DNA of 64,000 nt from the human T2T-CHM13v2.0 reference genome, Homo sapiens (GCF_009914755.1 NC_060932.1), one strand, 5' to 3'. Numbered from the stretch's first letter, positions 45,969 through 58,604 are shown. Notes: generated by a model not told the origin, from the letters alone. Translations and numbers: made by a program.

Positions 45969-45976
45969 GTGGAATA

Positions 45977-48900
45977 GGGGGATCATGGCGGATGGGAGGC
46001 AGGACTAGATTGCAGCTCCAGACAGAGCAGCATGTGGACGTTTGCACTGTGAATTTTATCTCCAGATCAACTGCAAGAACAAACCAGCAATCCCGAGAAG
46101 GAAAGAAGGAAGCGGGCTGCTCCTACAGCACCCAGGAGATATCTCAAATACTGTGAATGCCCAAACTGGGGAATTGGGAAAGGGAGACCCTCCTCTCCCA
46201 AATATGCACCCCCACTGGACAAGACGAAGTCTGTGTGTGGGAGAAGTTTCCAACTTTACATGAGGCTGAGTCAAATTAGAGAGCCAAGTGAAATACAGGG
46301 GTGGAGAAGTAGCAAAAAGGCCCCAGGACCTCGCTGGGTCCCCAGCAGCCCATTCCTGCCTGGCACCACAGGGATCCATCGGGAGAGTGGCCAGAGGAGC
46401 AGCGGGTAAAACTCTACAGGAAGAAAGCATTCTCTAGCTGAACTTTGTAACAATTTGAATGGGGTGAGAAGTCTCCTAGACAGAACTCTGGAAAGTGTGT
46501 GAACTGGGCATGCAGAATTCACAGGCAGGGGAAGAACTAAAGCCCTTTTCTTTTGCAGCTGGGAGGCAGATAGCCTCAGGCAAATTTTCAAGCCCAGCTC
46601 ACCCTCCACCTGGCAGGCTCGGGGCTGTTAGCGAGGCTGGGAGTGGGCATGGTGGGAGTGAGTCTGGCCCTTCAGTTTGCATGGGAGCTGGGTGAGGCCT
46701 GTGACTGCTGGCTTTCTGTCTTTCCTGACAACCTGCCATGACTCCACAGAGGCAGCCATAATACTCCTAGGTACCTAGGTCCTCAATTCCAGTGAACTGG
46801 GAGTCCCACCCCCACCCCCACAGCAGCCACAGCAAGACTTGCCCAAGGAGAGTCTGACCTCAGACATGCCTAACCCTGCCCCCACGTGATAGTCCTTCCC
46901 TATCCACCCTGGTAGCAGAAGACAAAGGGCATATAATCTTGGGAGTTCTATGGCCCCACCCACCACTGGTCCCTCCTCCACACTGATGCTTTCTGGAAAA
47001 TGCCACCTCCTGGCAGGAGGCCAACTAGCACAACAATAGAGCATTAAACCACCAAAGCTAAAGACCCTCATGGAGTCCATTGCACTCTGCCACCTCCACT
47101 AGAACAGGTGCTGGTATCCACAGCTGAGAGACCCATAGACAGTTTACATCATAGGATTCTGTGGAGATAACACCAGTACCAGCCCAGAGCTGGGTAGACT
47201 TGTTGGGGGGCTAGACCCAGAAGAGAGACAACAATCATGGCAGTTCAGCTCACAGGAAGCCACATCCATAGGAAAAGGGGGTGTGTACTACATTAAGGAA
47301 ATGCCTCATCAGACAAAAGAATCTGAACAACAGCCTTCAGCCCTAGACTTTCCCTCTGACAGAATCTACACAAATGAGAAGGAACCAGAAAACCAACCCT
47401 GGTAATATCACAAAACAAGTCTCTTTGACACCCCCAAATTCACCAGCAATGGATCAAAACCAAGAAGAAATCCCTGATTTACCTGAAAAAGAATTCAGAA
47501 GGTTAGTTATTAAGCTAATCAAAAAGGCACCAGAGAAAGGCAAAGCCGAATGCAAGGAAATCCAAAAAAATGATACAAGAAGTGAAGGGAGAAATATTCA
47601 TGGAAATAGATAGCTTAAATAAAAAACAATAAAAATTTCAGGAAACTTTGGACACACTTTTAGAATTGCAAAATGCTCTGGAAAGTCTCAGCAATGGAAT
47701 TAAGCAAGTAGAAGAAAGAAATTCAGAGCTCGAAGACAAGGTCTTTGAATTAACACAATCCAGCAAAGACAAATAAAACTAAGGTCACATCTCGAGGAAC
47801 TAGAGAAACAAAAACAAACCATACCCATATCCAGCAGAATAAAGGAAATAACCAAGATCAGAGCAGAACTAAATGAAATTGAAACCAAAAAAATATAAAC
47901 GATAAACAAAAAGCTGGTTCTTTGAAAAGAAAAATAATATACCATTAGCAAGACTGTACAAGAAAAGAAGAGAGAAAATCCAAATAACCTCAGTAAGAAA
48001 TGAAACAGGAGACATTACAACTGACACCACTGAAATACAAAAAAATCATTCAAGGCTACTATGAACACCTTTATGCACATAAACTAGAAAACCTAAAAGA
48101 GATGGATAAATTCCTGGAAAAATACAACCCTCCTAGCTTAAATCAGGGAGAATTAGATACCCTGAACAGACCAATAACAAGCAATGAGATTGAAATGGTA
48201 ATTAGAAAATTACCTACAAAAAAAGTCCAGGGCCACACGGATTCACAGCAGAATTCTACCAGACATTCAAAGAAGAATTGGTACCAATTCTTTTGACGCT
48301 ATCCCACAAGATAGAGAAAGAAGAAACCCTCCCTAATTCATTCCATGAAACCAGCATCACCCTAATACCTAAACCAGGAAAGGACATAACCAAAAAAGAA
48401 AACTACAGACTGATATCCTTGATGAAGATTAACGCTAAATTCCTTAAAAAAATACTAGCTAACTGAGTCCAAAAACATATCAAAAAGATAATCCACCATG
48501 ATCAAGGGTTTCATACCAGGGATGCAGGGATGGTTTAACATATGCAAGTCAATAAATGTGATACACCACATAAATAGAATTAAAAACAAAAATCACATGA
48601 TCATCTCAATAGATGCAGACAAAGCACTTGACAAAATCCAGCATTCCTTTATGATTACAACTCTCAGCAAAATCGGCATACAAGTGACATACCGTAATGT
48701 AATAAAAGCCATCTATGGCAAACCCACAGCCAACATAATACTGAATGGGGAAAAGATAAAAGCATTCCCTCTGAGAACTGGAACAAGACAAGGATGCCCA
48801 CTCTCACCACTCCTCTTCAACATAGTACTAGAAGTCCTAGCCAGAGAAATCAGACAAGAGGAAAAAAATAAAGGGCATCCAAATCAGTTAAGAGGAAGTT

Positions 48901-49727
48901 AAACTGTCACTGTTTGCTGATGATATGATTGTTTACCTTGAAAACCCTAAGGACTCCTCCAGAAAGCTCCTAGAACTGATAAAAGAATTCAGCAAAGTTT
49001 CCAGATACAACATTAACGTGCACAAATCAGTAGCTCTTCTATACACCAACAGTGACTAAGAAGAGAATGAAATCAAGAACTCAACCCCTTTTATCATACC
49101 TGCCAAAAAACAAACAAACAAACAAACAAAAACTTCGGAATATACCTAACAAAGGAGTCAAAAGATCTCTACAAGGAAAACTACAAAATACTGCTGAAAG
49201 AAATCAGAGATGAAACAAACAAATGGAAACACATCCCATGCTCATGGAATGGCAGAATCAATATTGTGAAAATGACTATACTGCCAAAAACTATCTACAA
49301 ATTCAGCGCAATCCCTATCAGAATACCACCATCGTTCTTCACAGAATTAGAAAAAACAATTTTATAATTCATATGGAACTAAAAAAGAGCCCACATAGCC
49401 AAAGCAAGACTAAGCAAAAGGAACAAATCTAGAGGCATCACACTACCTGATTTCAAACTATACTATAAGGTCATAGTCACCAAAACAGCATGGTACTGGT
49501 ATAAAAATAGGCACATCAACCAAAGGAAAAGAACAGAAAACCCAGAAATAAACCCAAATACTTATACCCAATAGATCTTCAACAAAGCAAACAAAAACAT
49601 AAAGAACACACTTTTCAGCAAATGGTGCTGGGATAATTGGCTAACCACATGTAGGAGAATGAAATGATCCTCATCTCTCACCTTATACAAAAATCAACTC
49701 AAGATGGATTAAGAACTTAAACCTAAG
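45977..49727 (+). mobile_element. L1PB1-like LINE-1: intact 5'UTR, ORF1-ORF2 internal deletion, no 3' end
   Basis: gggggatcatggcggatgggaggcaggactagattgcagctcc; ORF1 MRRNQKTNPGN at 47374; ORF2 fragments 48000-49720 ([18 protein letters not shown]). Confidence 0.92.
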
Positions 49728-50230
49728 TTCATTTTGGGTCTTTCTTAAAATGGTTATTTCATCTTTCAGCTCCTGAATCATTTTACTGGTCTCCGTGGCT
49801 TCCTTAGATTGAATTTCAACTTTCTTTTCAAACTCGATGAGCTTCCTTGCCATCAGGATTCTTGATTTCATATCTGTTATTTTGGACTGGTTAAGAACTA
49901 TTGCTGATGAGCTGTTGGGCTCATTTGGAGGTAAAGGAGTCATCTTGCACTGATTCTTTCTTATCTGGGAGGGTTGGTGTAAATTGAATATATTCATTTA
50001 ACTTCATTTCTGGAAGTTTTCAGAGGGCTAAGGCTCTGTACAGGTTTTGTTGTTGAATCCTTCCCTTGGTTTTACAGAGGGGAGAACAGCAAAGCATTTT
50101 TTGGTGTTGCAGTTTGGACTGCAATTCAATAGATGGCGCTTGAGAAAAATGGGCGGTAGATAGCTCTCAGCTGCGTGGCTGCTTTGCTTATCCTGGTGCT
50201 TGCAACTGTGTTCTGTAGGGCATCTAGTCA
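49728..50230 (-). mobile_element. ORF1 N-terminus and partial 5'UTR of the minus-strand L1PA16-like element
   Basis: ORF-track 49683-49997 (QIRKNQCK...IQELKDEITILRK); shares TSD tccagattatta with the 42158 end. Confidence 0.85.
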
Positions 50231-50779
50231 GGGATCTTCCAGATTATTAATATTGTCATCAAATGATGTTAAATGAGAAATACAATGAGTTGAATTCATT
50301 GGTTATCTTCCACTTAAAGTTTTATATTTGAGGACAATTCAGCCTATCAATCTGTCCTTTGTGAAAATGAAATTCACAATTTTCCCGTGGGTAGGAGTCT
50401 CAACAGTAAATTCTATCAGGGGTCCTCTTCTCTATTCTGCCATGAACTTGATTTAAAATAAACACCAAAGACTCCTTGAAAGACTTAGTAGTATGTAGCC
50501 CAAGAAGTATCTGCATAAGGAGTAGGAGCAGATCACACAACTGGCCTTTGAGAAGATGGATGGGACATTATCAATAGCAATAATAATATCTAGCAGTTAT
50601 TAAATATTCCTATGTGAGGCTACCAGGTGCCTAATTCCAGGCAGCACCTTTTACATCACTTTAGTTGCCAATAAAGCTTTTCTGGATAATTCAGCAGGGG
50701 CACTGCTACTCTTTTCCAGGCAGTTTGTTCAACACTGCACATGCATTATTTCATGCATAGTATTGAAAGCAATACTGAG

Positions 50780-50975
50780 GTATGAATAACAAATGGTAAG
50801 CATTTATTGGATAATTATGTTCTGGAAATTGTGATGCAAATGTATTAATTAACAGTTCTATAAATGTTGGATGATTAATATTTCTTCTCTCATTTTACAA
50901 ATGAGAAACTGGGTTTTAGAGTATCTAAATGACTTATTCAATAGCTATTGAGTGATGGGGCCAAGATACAGGGAT
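50780..50975 (-). mobile_element. MIR
   Basis: cattttacaaatgagaaactggg...aaatgactt. Confidence 0.65.
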
Positions 50976-51769
50976 ACATATTGATTGCCCAAGATGGTAG
51001 CTACCCAACCTTGAGCCTGTTATCAAAATTCTTCCTTGCATCACTTACCTGTCAGACATGTCTTCAAGTTAGCATTCACTGTCTATGCTTGAGTTTCTGA
51101 AAGATGGCCTTCACACAGGCTGCTGAACACAGCCACATAGGTTGTCTACTGCATGGATTAGGCAGTGTATGTGTTCCAAAGCCATGCAGTTTGCTACTAT
51201 GTGCACAATTCCCCTAAGCAGGCCCAGTCTTTTAGGAAGTATGGCTTCTGGAAGAGCATTCTCAGGAAGTATGTGGTTTCTAAGAGTCCAGGTCCTTTCT
51301 TCGTACATATCACAGACATATAGTTTACACATTCTTTAAACATCTCAGGCAGTTGGTAAAACAATATTGGTTGTCAGAACCACAGGACTGTAACCTGTGC
51401 ATGCTGACAATGAACATACAACAACAACAAAAAAACAGAGGCCCTTTGTAAAAACTAAATGCAAGTGAATAACACATAGTTCCATTGACATTAAGTACAT
51501 GACACTTCCTTTATCATGAGTATAGGCCTAAAGCCCATAAACAATAAATCCTGAATGTGTTCACGATAAGGTCCCTAGTGGGTCTTACTCCTACAGCCTT
51601 TCAGCATTCCTCCACTGATTCAAAACAAAAGACAATCAAGGGTGGGTCTTAGAATAATTATTTTATGTGCTGAGAGACACTTTTGGTTGACCACTCAACT
51701 GTTTCTGTTCTTCCTATTTCTATTGTGTTTGGGTGTTCTTTCACCATCTTCCATATGACTTGGAATTAA

Positions 51770-51995
51770 ATTCTTATTAGTCTAAGTTAATCATAGTGTC
51801 CCATTTCCTTGCCAGCAACTGGTTAACAGGTGGGTATCTGGCCCAGTTCTAGACAGTAGAATATGAGAAGAGACCTGCTGGAGGCCTTCTGGGAGAGGGC
51901 TCCTTATCCCTAAAGAGAGATATAAGGGGAAGAAGAATCCCTTTTGTTCCTTCCACTAGTCTGGATTCCTGGAACTGTAGCATATCTTGCAAGCT
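51770..51995 (+). mobile_element. Old ERVL LTR fragment (LTR16-like)
   Basis: gtctaagttaatcatag...ccttgccag...ctgctggaggccttctggga. Confidence 0.55.
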
Positions 51996-52044
51996 AGAGA
52001 AACTTCGCTTTTCCTGTCTTGAGGCTTTTAGAAAACTTTGAATT

Positions 52045-52560
52045 TAGCTTTTATTTTTATCAAAATATATGTGCATACTTGAAAAGAATCAAGTGATCTA
52101 CAAGACTTATTCTAATGATAAACAATTCTTTGACTCACCCATTCCCATTCAATTTATTCAGCAGAGGGAGCTGTTTTGAACTCTTAGTTTTCTTCGGTTT
52201 ACCTCCATGTTTCTAAATATAACAACATTGCTACTTCTTAAATTTTAAGTTTTAGATACTTTTAAATTTTCTTTGATGAAAGATGATTTAACTCTTACAA
52301 CTTCCACATAACTTCTACCAACAGCTCTATCCTCCTAATATATTCATTCATTAAATATTCAGTTTTTACAGCTGAGCCAAGTGGGGCAGATCACATTGTC
52401 TTCTTTTATCACTTTTGGTCTTCCTTAGAGTTAATAGTTGCCTCAATATTTTTCTTTGCATAGTTTTGTTTTTAAAATGTACGCCACCAATTTATTTCTA
52501 AGTTCTTTAACAACACTGGAAAACTGCTCTCAATATGGTCAAGCTCACCGTCTATCAGCT
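52045..52560 (-). mobile_element. HAL1/L1ME 3' fragment
   Basis: ttacctccatgtttctaaata...acagctgagcca; mirrors the 21040-21900 region. Confidence 0.55.
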
Positions 52561-52692
52561 CCATTTTTTTCTACACAGTGTCTCAATGCTGGCAAAGGAA
52601 ATGATAGCCTATATAATGAAATTCTGAGGAATGTTAATGTGTCTCCTCTTCCTCCTCTTTAAACATCTATGCCATTGTCTAAATTGATATTT

Positions 52693-53110
52693 TGTATTTT
52701 TCTTTCTTTACTTTTTTCTTTTAGAGACAGGGTCTCATTGTCACCCAAGCTGGAGTACAGTGGTGCAATCAAAGCTCACTGCAGCCTTGAATTCCTGGGC
52801 TCAAGGAGAGTTGAAATAGGCCAAGAAAGGCTTGATTTTGGCCCACTGAGTAAGATTTCATGCAGCGTCCTGTCTTTCTCCTTCTGCTATTTCCAGCCTT
52901 GAACTCCTGGGCTCCTCCTGCCTCAGCCTACCAAGTAGCTAGGACTACAGGCATGTACCACTATGTCTGCTAATTTTAATTCTGCTTTTTGTGGAGATGG
53001 GGTCTTGCTATGTTGCCCAGGCTGGTTTTGGATTTCTGGGCTCAAGAGATCCTCTCATCTTGACCTCCCAAAGTGCTAGGATTACAGGTGTGGGCCACTA
53101 ATTGCCAGCC
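52693..53110 (-). mobile_element. AluJ carrying a 94-bp non-Alu insertion
   Basis: gagacagggtctc...gctcactgcagccttga; cttgctatgttgcccaggctgg. Confidence 0.92.
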
Positions 53111-53547
53111 TTGGATTTTTACTTTTGACACGTCATTTCCTCATATTAGTCATGAGGTTCTCCTGATGACCGTCTTTGAAAATGTGTGCACATGTAACAG
53201 GAAGAACATGTTGAGTCATCTACCTGGTTGCGTGTGTGGGTCTCACATATCTCTTCTTCTGTGGCTACGGGAGGGAGTGGTGAAGAAAAGAGAATGGGCA
53301 GGCAGTAACAGTGATGAAGCCAGCTCTTGTTTTACAGATTCACTCTGCACAGCTCAACCAGAGTGTTCTCTATACACTTTTTGAAGCACCCAGCAAAGGA
53401 GAGAGCGTTAGTCAGATTTGAGACAGGTAACATTTATGGCCTTTCATCCCTTGGAATGCACAATAAATGGGTCTTGCCTTAAAGGCCACCACTATCAGTC
53501 TAGTTTGTGTTTCAAGACTTCCCCCCACCACAGGTGAATAGCAATGA

Positions 53548-53548
<1 letters not shown>

Positions 53549-53585
<37 letters not shown>
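53549..53585. repeat. (CA)n microsatellite
   Basis: Direct reading. Confidence 0.97.
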
Positions 53586-53588
<3 letters not shown>

Positions 53589-56500
53589 TCCATGAACATG
53601 CAAACATATCTCTGTACACAGAGATGCATCTAAAGGAGAGTTGAAATAGGCCAAGAGGGGCTTGATTTTTGCCTGCTGAGTAATGCAGCATCCTGTCTTT
53701 CTCCTTCTGCTATTTCCAGTAGTGAGTAGAATAAAAAAGCTGAGAGAAACTAATATTAAAACAATTGTGCTTTCCTGGCATTCAACTGTGCACCTCCAGA
53801 CATACAAAACAAAGTCTGAATGGCAAGCGATCCATAGAATAGACAACCAGATTTCCCTTTGTCTCAGTTTTTGGTTAAATGTTTAACAAATTTGACAATG
53901 CAGTATCTCCATGGTCAATATTGACATGATCATTAGGCTAAGGTTTAACATCCCAAGGCTATTGTTTACAATGTTTCTCCTTGTTTGGCTTGGATCTTAA
54001 CATATTATTTAGTGAATACACAGATAAATTAATCTCAGGGCTAGCTAGTTCCAGACTCACTTGCTCTCTTTTATTTGCTTTTCCTCGAATCCCTCTCCCC
54101 ATCTGGTTATGCTTCCAACTGAGTATAGCTCAAAGATCTGCAAGAATGTGCATTTAAGAAAACAAACTTTTTTTTTAACTCCCACTACTAAGAATAACCA
54201 CATTCCATAATTTGCCTGGGAGCAAGAAGCCAATGGGTAAGAATATAAAAGCTGACCACAACTGGGATTCAGAGAAGTACAGATATTTATGAGGAATTGA
54301 ATAGACCCTGATAGAAACCAGATTGCAGGGGAGGAACGATATGGCTTTGATGAAAAACATCACCAGAAGGAAGGAAGGAGCTGGCTTAATAATAGTGGCT
54401 AAGTCAGAGGGAAGAGTATTTCTAAGTAAGCTGAGGCTGTGTTTAAATGCATCCCAACTTAGCTCCCTGAGAGTGACTCAGCTCCCTTGGGAGGAGAGGT
54501 GTATTAAACATTCAATAACTGTGTTTTTGGGGTGGTGGCAAATACCAGTGCTGGAAGATACCCTACTGTTATAACCAGCTCCCCATTCCCTCAGCTAAAA
54601 AATCATCATCCCAGAGAAGAGAGAGGCAGGAATTTCTCTGCAAGCCAGAGAGAGATGAACATCAGACATCTGGAAAGAAAAGCTGAGAATTCTAAACAGT
54701 AAAGAGGTGAGCACAGAAGTCTGTGACTTGTGTGTGTGTGCTTGGGGGTGGAGCGGAGGTGAGAGGGTTGGAAGTTTAAAAAAGGGTTGGCAGCACTCTT
54801 TTTGAGCAGATTTAAATTCCATCAAGTGAGGTAAGCATTAATACCTAGTGGGCTGGCAGGGAAGCACAGGGGTAGCCCAGAGCCCAAAGTAAATGTAAAA
54901 CAAATTCCATCTCCTGTTTACAACTCTCTTGGGAGTACCTGGAGTAAGACAATAAGCTCCTGCTATTCAACAAGAGGAAGTTATTAATACCGCAAATATA
55001 GGGTCTGACCTATAGGCATTCAACTTAGTATCCATAAGTGGATAAGGTTAGGGAGCATTAAGGGGTTTTGTATATTTATATGTACATTTATATATACATG
55101 TGTTTATATATACACATATATACTGCATATATGTCACTTATAACTACATAAATTTATGTGAGCCTCATCGATAACAAAAGCTAACGTTTGCTCTGAAACT
55201 AAAATGCATAGAAATTTGAGAAATGGTAATTACTATATGCACGTAAATATCAAATATATTTTTTCTTTTACGAATGAATCATGTCCAAGAGGGAACTAAA
55301 TGCATGTATTTCTTGAATGGTAAATGGTAGTAATACTTTTTCTCTGGAGGCTTTCATATCATATGGTTTTCATAGTTAATACTAAATAACAATGTTGAGA
55401 TGAAGAATAGTGAGATGCCGCCCCTTCCTGCCCCAGGGGACATGGCTTTAGGCTTCTCTGTCAAATAGCTCTCACCATATGGTGTTAGCAAAATTGTGTT
55501 ATTTCCATTTCAATGAAGAGGGCACAAAAACTGATACACATGCTAAAAGCCTAAATTGCTGTAGATTCATTAGCTTTAATCATATTTGGGCCACAAATAT
55601 GAACTCCATGTTTCCCTTCCCAGCCATAGCCTTGGAGATCTGAGGGCTGCTAATCGCTCCCACTGGACGGCTTTCTGGCTACTCTGCCACCGAGCACCCT
55701 TCAGAGCCAGGAGTCCGTCGCCTGCCGCATCTGCCTGGTCTCCCTTTGTAATTGGGTGCATCTTGAGAAAAGCTGGGAAGCTTGGGCGACAGCTTCCCCC
55801 TTCCCTTTTGGTGAGATAACCAGCTCATTAAATCTAAACGTGAAGGGCATTTTATTATGAAGAGTCAGACCCAAAGATTTACTTGCCCATTTTTCACCTG
55901 CTTCCCCATCCTGCTTATTCCTTTGTATTCGCTAATGGTCTTTCTCTAAGTTATATAATCCTGTCACGAGTATAAAAATATCACTCCAAGGCTGCTCATT
56001 TGGCCTAAATCATTCAGCTGTTAGCAGTGGCAGGGCAGGTGTCTGAACCACACTGGAGGCAGGAGGACAGCTGTCCCACTCTCTATTTGTTGTCGCAGGG
56101 CTAAGAAATGCAGAGATTTTAATAAGATCATAAAGTAGAGTGACATGGACTGGTATGATAGGTGGTTTTCATTAGCATTCAGAATGCCTGGGATAATAAA
56201 TTAGAGCAATTGAGCAGAAATGGGCAATTTGATTATTCAACATTTTTCAGTACCAGCCCAAGCAGCTGGACCCAGAGCTGTTCTGCTGACTTCTCCCCAT
56301 GCAGTCGGGCTGGTGGGGCACAGGTGAATGCACAGCTATCATTTTCTCCTACCCAGACTCCAGAGTGAGAGCCTTGGACATTGTCTTACATGCTTGGTGA
56401 GTGTGAATTGATGATCAGGAAGAGGTCTTCATATATCTTTGTAGTGGAGTTGGCAGGATTTGACTGGCTGACTTTCTTTTATGGCAACAGGCCTATGCTT

Positions 56501-56686
56501 ATTGAGAATCCTGGTGCAAAACAACATGAGGGGAGGCCCTACACACACAGCAATTTACATTCCTGGCAGAAGCGTGATTAGTCAACTTGCTTTTCCCGTG
56601 GAAACTCTAATATAGTGTGAGACTAGCCTTGAATTTATTCACTCTAGCTAAGGGGTTGGGGGCCAAATTTCTAAGCACTGTTATCA

Positions 56687-56689
<3 letters not shown>

Positions 56690-56729
<40 letters not shown>

Positions 56730-56828
56730 CACACACACACACACGTATATATATGCATATATATGTACATATATGGTTTGTATATATGTGGTGTGTATAT
56801 ACACACACATACACATATAAATATGTAT
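56690..56828. repeat. (TA)n(CA)n compound microsatellite
   Basis: Direct reading. Confidence 0.95.
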
Positions 56829-57650
56829 AATAAACCTTTTGTGTAAATTGATTAGATGAGGATGCATCATAAACAATCATAGAATTTTGTATATGACACA
56901 GGATCATTCGAACCACTGTAAAATCCTCACTGTTCTTTTGTGTTTCCTGTTTTTATTGATATTCCATTAAAATAACTTTAAACTTTTTGTTAATAAGAGG
57001 CTGAATGAAAAGTTCATCAGAACTGATAAATGTACAATGGCTTCCTTAGATATTTTCACAGGTACCTTTGAGGAAGTTTAAAGCATGTTCAGAGCTACAT
57101 CATGGCTTTATGAGTGCCTGAGCCTCCAGGTTGTGTTTTGACAACCTGTTTTCTTCATATCATAGTATCTTACAAACACCATGTGGTTCTACTGCTTTTG
57201 AACAGAAAGCCTTTTGCTTTTCTTGACTTGTCTTCTCGTTAATGCTAGACACTTGGCCTCACTTCCTAGTGTCATGGTGGGGCCTTATACTTTTAATTTG
57301 AACAGTAGAGCAACTCCAAAGTGTTCAGTGCTAAAATGGATTATAATGCCACATGTTGAAAAATTTACCAATTGGGCCACAGCAACTCTACATATTGATG
57401 CATAATGGAGGACTATTAATCATCTTTCCATGCTTTTTGGGGTGTGGTATCCGTATATATATGTGTGTTTAACATGTACATACACATATATGCATATACA
57501 TGCAAATAAATTTTGCTTTTGAAATAGCTTAATTTTAAAGTTTACCTACCCATCCAATAATTATGCCAATACATTTCAAACTACTTTTCACAGATGTTTA
57601 TAATATTACCATTAAAACATTAGCATTATTAGTGTAAGATAGACAGAATC

Positions 57651-58340
57651 TGTCTTAGTCCATTTGTGTTGCTACAAAGGAATACTTGAAGCTGGTATTC
57701 CTTTATAAAGGAAAGAGGTTATTTGGCTTACAGTTCTGCAGGCTGTACAAGAAACATGGCCCATCCTCTGCTTCTGGTGAGGACCTCTGGCAGAAGGTGA
57801 CGGAGAGCTGGCATGGGCAGACCACACAGCAAGAGAGAAATCAAGAGAGAGGGGGAACAGGCACTAGGCTCTTTTATGAACAACTACCTCTCACAAGAAT
57901 TAATAGAGTAAGGGTCAGGCACCGTGGCTCATGCCTGTAATCTCAGCACTTTGGGAGGCCAAGGCAGGTGGACTGGTTTACCTCAGGAGTTCGAGACTAG
58001 CCTGGACAACATGGCAAAACCCTGTCTTTACCAAAAATGCAAAAATTTTTGCTTTTTTTTGCTTAAGCCCAGGAGATCAAGGTTGCAGTGATCTGAGATC
58101 ATGCCACTGCACTCCAGCCTGGGTGACAAAGTAAGACCCTGCCTCAAAAAAAAAAAAAAAAAAAGAAAGAAACAAAGAACTAATAGAGTAAGAACTCACT
58201 CATTGCCTAGAGGAGGGCACCATGACATTCATGAGGCATCTGCCTCCATGACTCGAACGCCTCCTACTAGGCTCCATTCTAATATAGAGGTTCAAATTTT
58301 GACATGAGATCTGGCAAGATCAAATATACAAGCTTCAGCA
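57651..58340 (-). mobile_element. MaLR LTR, MSTB-like, split by Alu
   Basis: tgtcttagtccatttgtgttgct...cagttctgcaggctgtacaaga...gacatgagat; TSD gaatc/gcatc. Confidence 0.9.
57913..58174 (+). mobile_element. Alu (J-type) with internal deletion
   Basis: 18-bp TSD aagaa(t/c)taatagagtaag. Confidence 0.93.
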
Positions 58341-58604
58341 GCATCCTATATTAAACAAATATTTGTATTATATTCCCCCTCCCTTGTTTCTTTTAGCAAA
58401 TTCTACTTCCTTTTAGTTCTTCAGCCAATAGCTTAATAGTTTCTCAGAAAGTGTGGATGGGAGCAGAATGAAAGCCAAGTGACCCAGGAAGAACCTTGGG
58501 AATAGAGCTCTGCAGTGGCGGCTCTGAGAGTACTGCCCGAAGCTGCAACACAGGGGGAAGCTTATGGGGCAGTGGCATGGAGCCTTAATTTTGGAATATT
58601 AAAG

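Noticed and set aside
51043-51098. Perfect minus-strand donor CAG|GTAAGT with a possible acceptor 48 bp away
   Set aside because: Stops in all three frames and a weak acceptor; cannot be supported as an exon without RNA data
53412-53846. 144-aa minus-strand ORF in unique DNA
   Set aside because: Runs through a (TG)n microsatellite; no domain or codon signal
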